A stretch of DNA of 62,984 nucleotides, counting the filler, from Reclinomonas americana ATCC 50394 (taxonomy: Eukaryota): assembly GCA_048213135.1 (NCBI GenBank). It is 3 parts of one record of this genome, joined end to end, with 100 filler letters (N's around TTAATTAATTAA, not from the genome) between each part and the next. Parts side by side here need not be neighbours in the genome. Positions count along the whole stretch, not along the records: positions 1 to 26,924 come from PS015031.1; 2 more parts are not named here. One strand, written 5' to 3'. Below are positions 13,819 to 25,900 of the stretch, in pieces. A program made the translations under genes and the position numbers. Every line of letters begins with the position of its first letter. The stretch's first letter is position 1. The notes under the pieces are model-generated. The model ran no database searches and was not told the DNA's origin. It saw nothing but the letters and a program-made list of their open reading frames with translations.

Positions 13819-15299
13819 GCGTGAATGTGCGGCCTTCGTGTGGTGCTTGTTGTTGATCCCCATTCTGATTCCCGCGCTTATTCCTGTTTCTTTTTTCTCA
13901 CCCCCCTCACTCTATGTCTTATGCACGCGGCGGTTCTGCTCGTTCGTGCTTACTCCAGCTGCCGCTTGTTTTCCTGTTCCTTCATTCTCGTCCACTATTC
14001 TCTTTGTTGTGGGCTTACATTTCTTGCAGGCGTGTTCATCGACGGGCTGATGTTCCGCACCGAGCTCTGCAGCAAGGGCTACCTGATTGGCTTCAGCAAG
14101 TTATACACGGCGGTACGTTGGGCGCTCGAGACCCCTCAACCCAGCGAGCGTTCTGTCTGACTGAGCTTTTCATCTTCTGCGTTCCTTCCGCCTGACTTCA
14201 AGCTCTGTCTCCTCTTTCCTTCTCGTCTATTTCTCTCCTTTGCGTTTTCCCCTTCTCCTGTTCTTCTTTTTTTCATCTCACTTGGTTCTCCTTTGCCCGC
14301 AACCTCACAGACCTACTCCCTCGGCCACTGGCTCTTCGCCGTGCTCATCATCCTCTGGCTCCGCCTCCTGCGCGTCCTCACCAACATGAGAAAGTCCATC
14401 TACCACATCACGTGGGTGCTGGTCGTGGTGACGGCCTCGTCGGTGACCGTCATCTCCGTGGTCATGCAATCGGGTGCCAATTGGTCCATGGGGAGCGTTG
14501 TGCAGGCGGCGGTGCGTCATGTTCATCTTTCCCGCCCTGTTTCCCTATTCCCGTCGTGCCCACGCATCGCCTGCACCTTACAGCTGAGTCTGTGGGAGGT
14601 CGTCATCCTCTGCTCCCTCACCGTCTACACGCTGTTGGCGTTCTGTCGGCGCACCAAGACTGGCGCGTCTGTGCGTACCGTCGTGCGCAAGGTGCGAAAT
14701 CACGCCATCCTCATTCGTCACCCGCTCTGCCTCACACTTTTTCGCTCTCCTCACAAGATTGCCGTCTTCTCCGGTGGACTGGCGCTCCTCAGCGCCACGC
14801 TTGGCATCTACTGGGTCCTGTACGCCGAGGCCGTCTATCGCAATTCGCTACCCGGTTCCTCGTTTGACCAGTGGTTCACGCTCTTGTATTTAATCGCGTG
14901 GTTGGCCGCCGGCGTCACCAGTCTGCTTGTCATCTTCTTTTTCCGTGCCGGCCAGCACGATCGTGCCTCGCGTGAGGCCAAGACCGCGTTGCAGCCGATT
15001 CGCACCAATCTCATCACGGATGATGGGTCGCCGGCGCGCGAACATTTCTCTGGGGTGGACGACTCGCCCNNNNNNNNNNNNNNNNNNNNCAGAAAGAGAC
15101 CACAGCAGCAGCAGCAGCTCACAGGGCCGCGCCCGATTGCCGCGAATACGTGCTCGCCGTGTCGGCCCACGCGCCGCTGCTGGGTGCGGTGTCTGTTGGG
15201 TCCTCGGCAGCAGTCGATGAAGAAACGCCCCGCCCGCTGCCCGTGGCGACCGTGGCGGCGGCGGCGCCGGCGCCTTCGGGGACACCGCGCACGAGATAA
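12738..15299 (+). CDS. Multi-pass (about 7TM) membrane protein, GPCR-like, family unassigned
   Basis: Exons 12738-12750, 13134-13511, 14030-14112, 14311-14511, 14584-14691 and 14758-15299 (20-N gap in the last) splice in frame. About 7 hydrophobic helices and a low-complexity C-tail. Confidence 0.7.
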
Positions 15300-15476
15300 T
15301 CGTCAAAGGCCACGTACGACGCGCACATTTTGGCATCGGCGGCGACAATAACATTGCCCGCATCGTCGGTGACGACCAGNNNNNNNNNNNNNNNNNNNNT
15401 TTTGCACAATGCTTTTGATTCACGTCTTTTTTGTTGTAATAAAGTGATATTTGAATGGTACGCGTCTCGTCAGCCC

Positions 15477-16799
15477 TCACGTCGACTGCGGACGGTGGTG
15501 GTCATCGTCATCAAGGTCCGTGATGTCGACACCCGGCGGAGTCGGCGTCGGTCGTCCGACGTCGTCCGCATCGAGGTGCTCCAGGTGCGCCGCCGCCGCC
15601 GACACGGGTGGTGGTGGTGGCGGCGCCGCTGCCGCCGTAACCGCGGGAGGAGGGATGGCAGGGACTGGGGCGGGGCCGCCGACGAACCGCCGCTCCATCT
15701 GCGCGCCAACCAACCAACGTCAATATACACGCAACACTGGGTCCTCGTGCGGCGAGAGACACGCAACATCGCGGGCCTGGAACGCCATCAGTGACGCAAA
15801 TTGCTGCACCATGGCGCGCACATTACCCGAGAGCGCCTCCAACTTGGACTCCACCGACGCCATGCGCTTGTCCACGTGCGCCATGATGCGCTTCTCCGAC
15901 TCGACCACAATGCGATGCATCTGCGAAAACAGCAGCGGGTCTATCGTCTGTGCCGCCGCCCGACCGTCGGTGGTTGGTGGGGCGTAGGGCTGTGGCCGCG
16001 GCCCGCCTGTGAATGAGAGATGAAGGGGGATGAGAAAAAACGGCACTCTCCCTTCATGTGCGATGCAACTCACCTTGCGGCTGCGCTGGTGTTGGTCGTT
16101 TCTGCGCCAGGACGTTCTCAAACAATCGTCCACCGGCCTCCGACAACAGGCCCTTTTCTCGCGTGTTGGCCACCATCTGCGCCACTGCGTCCCAGTTCAC
16201 CGGCTCGCCCGACGACGGTCCACCTCCACCCTGCTGCTGCTGTTGTTGTTGCTGCATCTGCATCTGCATCAGCATGGCCATCATGTTCATGCCGCCGCCG
16301 CCGCCCATACCGCCGCCCGGTGGTCGCAGGGGCGGACCTCCTGCTGCGGGACCAACAACTGTGATGGATTGCAAAAGAACAGTGTCAGCACGCAAAAAAA
16401 GAGTGGACGGAGAAATAAGAAGGGCTTTCAACGCAACGAGGTGGTGGCTGCGGCTGCGACATCGCCGCCCCACTGTCGGCGTCGGGCATTGGCGGCGGTG
16501 GTGGATACGAAAACGAATCTTCGTCGGCCAAGAAGATGATGCATTTGCAGAATACAACACTGGACTTGTCCACCAGCGACATTAGCTGCGCACAAAAAGA
16601 GATAGATGAGCATCGAGAAGGCAACCGGGCACCCACGTTCTCTCGCTCTCTTCTTGAATATTTACAAGAAGCTGTGCACTCACGAAGCGTGTGAGATGCA
16701 GGCAATAACAAGTTTGCGCCGCCTCCTGATCTCTCGCTCAACATAGTGGCCGCTGAATGACTGCACACGGAATCCCTGTCTCGGAGCCCTTAGCCTGAG

Positions 16800-16859
<60 letters not shown>

Positions 16860-18979
16860 ACTACTCTACCTACCNNNNNNNNNNNNNNNNNNNNGAGATG
16901 TCAGATTGTGCTCCTCACGTGCGCGGATATGCACATGGCCCTACGTAAACAATCACTGTCTCGGAACCCTTGGCCTGAGCCTCTCTCTCTTTCTCTCCCG
17001 CACTCTCTCCAGTCTCATTCACAGTGGTGAGAGGGCAGATGACTGTTCTTCTCAAGAAACAAAAACACTGCCTCCAAGGTGCCTCTCTCGCATTCACAAC
17101 ACGAGAGGCCAGACTATGCTCCTCGCGTGCGCGGGTATGCATGTGGTCCTGCTTAACAAGCACTACCTGCATACCCTTCGCCCTGTGCCTCTCTCTCTCT
17201 CCCTCGCTTTCTCCTGACTCATTCACACCGCACGCCCATGGGGCGAGGCCAGATGACAGCTCTTCTCAAGAAACAAAAACACTGCCTCCAAGGTGCCTCT
17301 CTCGCCTTCACAGCACACGAGAGGCCAGATTGTGCTCCTCGCGTGCGCGGATATGCATGTGGTCCTGCGTAACAAGCACTGCCTGCATACCCTTGGCCCT
17401 GTGCCTCTCTCTCTCCCTCCCTCCTGTCTCATTCACAACGCATGACCATGGGGAGAGGCCAGATGACAGTTCTTCTCAAGAAACAAAAACACTGCCTCCA
17501 AGGTGCCTCTCTCGCATTCACAGCACACNNNNNNNNNNNNNNNNNNNNNNNNNNNNNNNNNNNNNNNNNNNNNNNNNNNNNNNNNNNNNNNNNNNNNNNN
17601 NNNNNNNNNNNNNNNNNNNNNNNNNNNNNNNNNNNNNNNNNNNNNNNNNNNNNNNNNNNNNNNNNNNNNNNNNNNNNNNNNNNNNNNNNNNNNNNNNNNN
17701 NNNNNNNNNNNNNNNNNNNNNNNNNNNNNNNNNNNNNNNNNNNNNNNNNNNNNNNNNNNNNNNNNNNNNNNNNNNNNNNNNNNNNNNNNNNNNNNNNNNN
17801 NNNNNNNNNNNNNNNNNNNNNNNNNNNNNNNNNNNNNNNNNNNNNNNNNNNNNNNNNNNNNNNNNNNNNNNNNNNNNNNNNNNNNNNNNNNNNNNNNNNN
17901 NNNNNNNNNNNNNNNNNNNNNNNNNNNNNNNNNNNNNNNNNNNNNNNNNNNNNNNNNNNNNNNNNNNNNNNNNNNNNNNNNNNNNNNNNNNNNNNNNNNN
18001 NNNNNNNNNNNNNNNNNNNNNNNNNNNNNNNNNNNNNNNNNNNNNNNNNNNNNNNNNNNNNNNNNNNNNNNNNNNNNNNNNNNNNNNNNNNNNNNNNNNN
18101 NNNNNNNNNNNNNNNNNNNNNNNNNNNNNNNNNNNNNNNNNNNNNNNNNNNNNNNNNNNNNNNNNNNNNNNNNNNNNNNNNNNNNNNNNNNNNNNNNNNN
18201 NNNNNNNNNNNNNNNNNNNNNNNNNNNNNNNNNNNNNNNNNNNNNNNNNNNNNNNNNNGAGAGGCCAGACTATGCTCCTCACGTGCGCGGATATGCATGT
18301 GGTCCTGCGTAACAAGCACTGCCTGCATACCCTTGGCCTGTGCGTCTCAGCCTGTGCAATCACCTTGATCCCCAAGCACTCCGTCTCCAACAGAAACGGC
18401 GGCTCCGTGCTCAACTCAAACAACTGCATGCCCGGCACATCCGGCACCAGCGCTCCCTTGGTGGTCGCCACATAAAACGCTCCATTGTAGATCTCCGCGA
18501 CACGTGCCCCACACCACAGAGTCACCCGACTGAGGCGCACCGGCTTTTTGAACTTGACCACAATCTCGGGAAGAACTGCGGAGGCAGCCTCCGAGTCGAT
18601 CCGCTCGAGAAGAACGGGAACAGCACTGATGAAAGAGAGAGAGAGATTGAAAGGAAGAGAATAGTGATAGCATGGAATCACTCACTCACTCTCTCACTCT
18701 CTCACTCACTCACTCTCTCCCTTCCCTTCCCTCTCTCTCACTCACTCACTCACCTCAGTGTCTCATCCGTGGGCTCATCATGTCGCACAGAGATGTACTC
18801 GTGCATCGCCGCACACTCCACGAGCTTATCCTCCTGTCCACACACTCAAATGAGATCATTTTTCTCACTCTCTCTCTCTCTTGTTTGCCCTCAACTGTGG
18901 TGGGCTCTGGAGGCACACCAGAGTCCCCATCGATAAACTCAGGTTCCGGCCACCATCCCCATCGCAGAAACACTGGCAT
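15477..18979 (-). CDS. PAAT / C10orf88-like protein
   Basis: GARVAEIYNGAFYVATTKG and CLGIK|LMSLVDKSSVVFCKCII match my recollection of the C10orf88 motifs (ARNMEVY..EYCGTSRG; CKIKLLS). C-terminal coiled segment ESEKRIMAHVDKRMASVESKL. Seven exons. Confidence 0.65.
16895..18340. repeat. Tandem repeat of about 216 bp inside the long PAAT intron
   Basis: Unit GAGAGGCCAGA..ATGCATGTGGTCCTGC..TCTCAAGAAACAAAAACACTGCCTCCAAGGTGCC recurs at about 16895, 17103, 17319 and 18259, with a 730-N gap in the array. Confidence 0.85.
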
Positions 18980-19144
18980 CTCCTCCTCTTATCTTTGTCA
19001 ATCAAAAAGGACAACAATATGACAAGTTTCGTCCTCTTCTCCCTCCCTCCCCTTCCCCGTCGATCTCCCGCCCCTCATCGTCGTACAACAACAATAGGTA
19101 GCAATGATACAATTAAACATGAAGGGGGTTTTCTCAAAAATTAT

Positions 19145-22100
19145 TTAGCAGCCGGCACTGTTGATCTGCAGCGTGCTGATGCCGGCGCTCGAGGTGCGAC
19201 ACACCTCGCAAGCACCGACTGCGCCCGAGCACACTGGCAGTGTCTGTAGTAGCAGCTTGGCGGCCACCAGAGTGGAGTTGAGCGCTTGTACTTGTGTGTT
19301 GGTGACACGGAAGCGCTCGCTGCCGCCGACTGTCACCGAAAAGTACGCCGCTGAATTCTGTTGCCGGGAGAGGAGTGAGACGAGAAAGAAAACATCACAC
19401 GCGCGGCTCGGAAGCGCACACAGCGTGCTTACCGTGGTATTCATCACAATGTTTCCGTTGCCACCGGCCACGGATGTGGTGGTCAGCGTGATCGAGTTGG
19501 CCGTGTTGAGGGTGACGACTCCGCTCGAGCTGAGCTTGATTTCGCCAGACGCTGCCGCCGCCACGGCCGCGTCGGAGATGGTCACACCGAGGCCACGCAG
19601 CGTGAGGCTGCCTGTCGCTGCGCCACTGCCGCAGCGCGCGTCCATCACAATGTTGCCGGAGCCGCTCGCACCGCAAATGTTGAAGACGGGCGACGCGCCC
19701 GTGGCACCGTGCAGCAGCGTAATGTCGCTGGCCGTGGTGTCGTCGCCGAGTTGCAGCTTGTTGTCGGCCGGCACCTTGATCGTCATCAGGCGGTTGTTGG
19801 GCGAGTCGGTCAGCTTCAGCGTCGCCGTGTCGATCGTCAACGTGTTGCCGGAGATCGTCACCGGCTTGGTCACCGACGCGATTTCCACCGACGAGGTCGT
19901 CCGTTGACCAATGAGCACCTTGCCGTTGGTCGAGCTGGTGCTGCTACCACCGTCCAGGTACAGCGTGCCGCCAATGGAGGCGCCGCCAGTGCCCGTTGCC
20001 ACACCGCCAGTGAGGTTCAAGTCCAGGCCGGCAGTGGTGTTGGAGGTGATGTCGGTGGGGCGAGCGCGGACCTCATTGCCGCTGGACGAGACTACAAACT
20101 CACGCGAGGCACCCACGCGCAGCGTCACATTGTTGGAGGCCGTGCCGTCAATGGTCGAGGTGGTCACCGACGACGTGGTCACGGTGCCGGAGGTCAGCGT
20201 CACCGCGGCCGAGAAGGTCGTCGGTTGCGAAAAGGTGATGGTGTTGGCCGGCGACGCCATGGTCATAAACGTGGTAAAGGGTGGCCCGGCACCGAGAGCG
20301 ACCGTGAAGGAGCTCAGCGCAGTGAACGAAACGAATTTTGCGCTGCCCTGCAGATTGAGCGTCTGATCGGTGCTTAGGCCAGTCAGGGAGCCCAAGTAGA
20401 TGCTACCGGCGGCCGTCGCGCCACTTCCCGGTGTAAGCTGCAGGTCAACACCGACAGAGCCGCCAGCTACGCGCGTGGCCGTCTTGATCGTTTGCGAGTT
20501 CGGGCCAGCCGGCAAGCCAATTGTCAGCGTGCCGCTGCTCGGAATGAGGTTGCCAGAGAGTGTCGTGTCGCCCGTCACACTGAGCGTGCCCGACACACTC
20601 GTGGCCACACCGGCCAGAGTGATGAGTGGCGACGCCGCACGACCAAGCGTGATGTTGTTGGAGCCAACGGTGCCGATGTTGATGTCGCCGTGGGTCGTAC
20701 CCGTGCCGGCTTGCAGTGACCTGGTGCAGACAAAGACATAGCACATAAGTTTTTCTTCTTCTCCGCATTGCAATGCTCGTGAGTGACAAGGGAGACGCAA
20801 CAGAGCACCGCCAGCCGCTCCGGTGGACGACTGCGACAGGATGGAAAGGCTGCCGCCGGCCGAGGCGCCAGCAGTGGAGCGCTGAATGAGGCCGGCCAGA
20901 ATGCTGCCCTCGAACAGATTGATCGTGTTGTTCGGCGTGTTATTCAGCTGCAAGTTGGCGGCAGTCGATAGAATAATCGGCGTGGCCACCGACGTTGTAC
21001 CAGTCACCGTGCCGGAGGCAGAGAAGGACGTGCCGCTCACCGCCGCAAAAGTGGCGGCGCCAGTGAATGACGAGGTTCCGCCCACAGAGAGCTGCAGTGT
21101 GACAAGAATGGTGAGCAATCAGGTGAACAAAGAAGAGAGCTTGGAGCAAGAGGCTACGCAACAATGCCGTTGATCGTGGTCGTCTGTCCAGCACGAGCAA
21201 TGTTGACAGGCGAATCCGTTGCGGCGGCAATGTTCACAGAGCCACCGGCCGCACCATTGCCGTTGATGGTCACATTGTTGGCCACCACGTCCACATTCAA
21301 CGCCTCCGCGCGCACCTGCGCCATCCGCCCCAAGAGAAAGTGAGACACTCTTCGATCTCGGGTGTCACTCACACGGGCATCACTCACCGTGTTGTTGCGC
21401 TTGCCGGCAGCACCCAAAAACAGCGAGCCGTCTGTGCCACTCGCCGTGTTCTGCGCGGCCTCCACACTGCATCGACATGGTTGAGCACGTGGCAGTCAAC
21501 GTCGATCTCTATTCGACAGCTCAACGCACCGCAAGTTGGCCGTGCCGGCTGGAGACGGATCCGTGCGCTTGATGGTGAACGAGTTGCTGTCGGCGGCGCT
21601 GCCAAAGAACAAGTTGTTGTTCGTGCCGCTGCCATCTGCAGGCGTCAAAATCTTGGACGACGTCGACGAAAACGTCAGGTCGGTGGTGATGTTGAGAGTG
21701 TTGGCCACCTGCGCGAAGAAGAAACGTGAGTGACTGGCATCGCTTGCTGTCAATTTTTGTGCCACACGAACCGTGGTTCCCGACGAGAAGGTACCCGTCA
21801 CATTGGTGGTGGCACCCTGCAGTGTAATGGCAGCACCGGCCTTGCCAATGAACACAGAGGAGCCGGCCGTCACGCCAATGTTGATAACGCCATCGGTCTG
21901 GCCGACACCATTGGCCGCACCGGCATTGATGTTCAGGTTGCCGCCAGACCCGTTCGTGCCGCCCGACATACCATTGATCGAGGTGGCGACGGCGTTGCCG
22001 GCCGCTGGCGTTGGGCGCGTAACCGTGAATGCGGTGCCGGTGACACCGAGCTGCAGCGTGTTCGATGTGGGCTGCAGCGCCAGGTCCACCGACGGGCCGG

Positions 22101-22698
22101 CGGTGTTGATCAGCGGCGTTTGTACGGCTGTGTGTGCACGAGAAAAGGACGAGTGGGTATTCTTTGTTCTCGATCGGCGGTGCTCAGCAAGGAAGAACAA
22201 TAGATTACGTTACCAGTGGAGGTGATGGTGGCCTGGCTGGTGATACCAGCGGCCGTGGTGAGCAGACCGTTCACCAGCATGGTTTGAGTGACTTCGGCAT
22301 TGTTTGCAGCCAGCAACTGCAACGAGGGGAGGAACGGAAGGAATGAGCATAATCAAAACCGTAAACAGTACATTTTGCACACCCACTCACTAACACACAC
22401 ATTACTGCCCCCCGCCCACTCTCACGACGACAGAAAAAGATAGAAGAAAAAGGGCGACACACCGAGATACTCTCACATTGGCACAGCTCACAAAAACACT
22501 GCCACACTCTTTCACACGTTCTATGACTGGCAGCGCGGCCAAAGGAGAGCAACAGAAACTCGGTGCGCGCGCAAGAGGAAAGAACAAAACACGCTCGAGA
22601 AAAAACCAGATGTACACACAAACACAGAGAGCAGAGAGTCGCCTCATCAAGCGTGGTGATGTGGCGACGTGCGTGGAAGCGGTACACCGTGGTCGGCA
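19145..22698 (-). CDS. Gly/Thr/Ser-rich beta-repeat fibre-like protein 2 (about 1000 aa; 5' end unresolved)
   Basis: Spliced ORFs 22110-22322, 21496-22200, 21154-21465 and 19145-21118 carry repeats GG(N/S/T)L.(I/L).(A/G)G.....G.(I/V).IG. Cys-containing C-terminal cap. No start codon or signal found upstream of exon 22698-22643. Confidence 0.7.
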
Positions 22699-22952
22699 CT
22701 GCATGATCAAACACGCTCGCCACACACACGTGAGAGCAAACAACACGAGACAGACGCGAGAAAGGGAGTTTTTTGTGTAGATCAACAAGAGAACAAAATT
22801 GGAGAGCGACAGACAACGATAAGAAGGGCAGAGACACACGAACTCACACATACATGGTGATACACACACACACACAGACAGAGAGAGAGATTAAGTTGTA
22901 CATCTTCCGTGGGAGAGAAGAGGAGGACGAGGAGGACGAAAAAGAGAGATTA

Positions 22953-25900
22953 CTACTTCACACGCAACACATTGCCCGCTGAGCTATCGTAGCAAATCTC
23001 GGTCATGGTGCCCCCGACGATGGAAGCACACTCGGTAAGGCCATTAATGTATACCTTGCCAGAGACACGCGTGATGCTCGCCGGTGTGCCAATGTTGACC
23101 TTGACGCCGTCGGCGGTGGCCGTGGCCGCAATGTTCACTTGCCCGTTGGTGCTGATCATCAGGTTGCCGTTGCAATTCAGGTTGATCTGCGAGGGACCAA
23201 ATTTGAGGACGCAGGAATAGAGGCGAGGGATGGAACAAAGAAGGCGCTACAACAAGGACCACCATCTCTTCTCTATTCTCTTCCTCCCCACTCACCACCG
23301 ACGTATTGGCCAGGGTGCCGAGGTTGAGCACGCCAGGCGTGGTACCCGAACCAGTAGTAATGGTGACGCTACCGCCCACTGGGCCACCAGTGCCGGCGCT
23401 AATGACTACGTCACCGCCATTCGTGGTGCCCGAGCCGGCCGCCAGCGTCAGTGTACCACCGTTGCCACTGGTGCCGTTGGCGGCGCGTATTGACAGCGGG
23501 CCACCCAGCCCCGAGGTGGCGGCTGTGCCATGACATAAGAGTGAGCGGCGGAGACGACTTTAGCCAACAGAAAAAAGCTACTACGATACTCAACTGCGGT
23601 TAATGTTCACGGTCGTGTTGTCGTCGAGGCCGAGCGACAGCGTGTTGGTCGCCGGCAGCACCGTACCCACCGTGAGCGTGCTGGAGAACGTGGTCGCCGA
23701 CGCCACAGTCAGCGGGGTAGTGCCGGAACCGATCGTGATGGCGCTGGTGGTCAACGTGCCGATGAAGAGGCGGCCGTGTACGCCGCCGCTGGCAGTAATG
23801 GCCACGCCACCAGAGAGGACACTGCGCAAATGGAGAAATTTGTGAGACAAGGTTAGGGGAGAGTGGAACACAAGGTACTCGGTGTGTGTGCACGCAACAT
23901 GTCACCACCATTCGAGCCACCGCTCGAGATGCTCTGGCCGATAATCGACAGAGTCGAACCGGCCGTGTGGGTCGGTCGAGTCACCGTGATGCCACCCGTG
24001 GTATCACCGAGCTCAATCGTGTTCAAACTCGGCGAGCGCAGTCGCAGAGCCGTACCAGCATTCGGTGTGATCCAGTCCACCGTCAGTGTCTTGCCGGCAG
24101 CCACACTGAGAGCGTCCGTGACAGACACCTGCAAGAGACGAGTAAGCAAACGAATGTAAAAAGAGCAACTACGGATCATCTGTAGTCCCTTCCACAAAAT
24201 AGACGCAACTGCTCCTCGCAGAGTGAGCGGCACCGCCGGCGACGTGCCAATCGCCACACTGGTGGTGGAGGCCGAGCCGAGAGTGATGGAGACGCCATCG
24301 ACAGTGACGGCCTGGCCCTCCACCGTGGTCACTGGCGTGGCACGCGTGGCCGCGCCGACGCTCACGTTGCCATTGTCGGTCGACATGGTGCCGGTGGAGC
24401 CACGCAGCCTAATGTGACCAAATGGCGTGTTGGGGCGCGCCAAGATGAACTCCACATTGCTGGTGGTGCTACCGAAAACCAGCGTGTTGGTGGCGCTGCT
24501 GGTGATGGAGCCAGCGGCCTGGAAGTCCAAAGCACCGAAAACTTGAGTGGTGCCCGAGTTGAGCTTGGTGGTGCCGCCGGTGCGGCCAACATTGACGTTG
24601 ACGGCACTGACGGGGCCGAGCGACACATCGCCAGCCGTGCCGCCGCCAGTCGACGTGCCCGCCTCCAGCACCACGGAGCCGCCGGCCGAGGGCGACGTTG
24701 ACTGGGCACCGACAATGTTGAACACGCCAGGAGTGGCGGTGGACGAGCGACGAATGTTGAGCGCGGTCGTTGTCGTGTCACCAATCTCCACAATGTTGGT
24801 GGCCGGCAGGAGTGTGAGATTGGCAGTGGCAACAACACTGCTGGACAGTGTCACCACGTCGTTGAAGGTGGTCAGTCCACGCACCGTCACCGGCTTGGCC
24901 ATCGTGCCAATCAGCACGGCGTTGCCAGAAATGTCCACATTTCCAGTAGTCGAGGCCAGGGTGACGGCGACGGCGTTGAGGGAGATCAGCGTCGGCGCCG
25001 AGGCGTTTGTGTTGCCAATCAGCACCTGACCGTTGCCGCCCGCACCGTCACCGGCGCCGGCATTGAGGCGGATGTTGCCGCCGGCCTGGTTCGAGGAGAC
25101 GGCAGCGGCGGGGCGCAGGATGCTAAAGGTACCAGAGCCCGAGACACCCGACACGTCCAACCACAAGTTCGAGTCGGCCGACACAATGCGACGCGTGGCC
25201 GCCATCGAAATGTCATTGGTCAGCGACAGCGTGCCAGTGACGGCCAGGGTCGAGGTCATCGACACTGGTGCATCGAGGTTAATGGCGTTGGTGTTCGCCT
25301 GGCCAATGTTGACGTTGCCGTTCAAGCCGCCCGAGCCACCGCCCTGGCCGCCATTGATCGTCACATCGCCACCATTCTGCATGGCCACGAGGCGGTTCTG
25401 GCCTTGCAGCGTAGTCGTCGTGGCGGCATTGGCGCTGGCGTCGGGGCGTTGAATAACAAACGCGCTCGTGACCGTGCCCAAAACCAACTGATTGCCAGTG
25501 GGCGCCAACGTCAGCGCGCCGGCCGAGGTCGAGATTTGCGACACGCTAAGCGTGCTCAGCACCGTGGTGGTCTGATTCGCTCGGCCAATCGTCAGCGACG
25601 TGGCCGTGGTGTCGCCAATCAAAATCGTGGCGGCATCCACGCGCACCGTGCCCGTCGAGCGCACCGACGTGGTGGCCGAGCTGAACAGGTTGGCCGTCGT
25701 GTTGACCGTCAAGTCGCCCACCGTCACTGTGCCGCCAGCGCCGCCACCGAGCAGCACGAGCGCCGTAGCCGCCGTGTCGGCACGCTTGACGGTGAATGTT
25801 GCCAGCATCGTGGCGCCGAGCACCATGGCACCGTCGGGCGAACCGACAATCGGCAGTGCCGAGTTGTACGTCAGGCCGCCATTCAGCGTCGTGTTGCCCG

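Noticed and set aside
16895-17528. CRISPR-like array
   Set aside because: Whole units repeat with no unique spacers, the context is a eukaryotic intron, and there are no cas genes.
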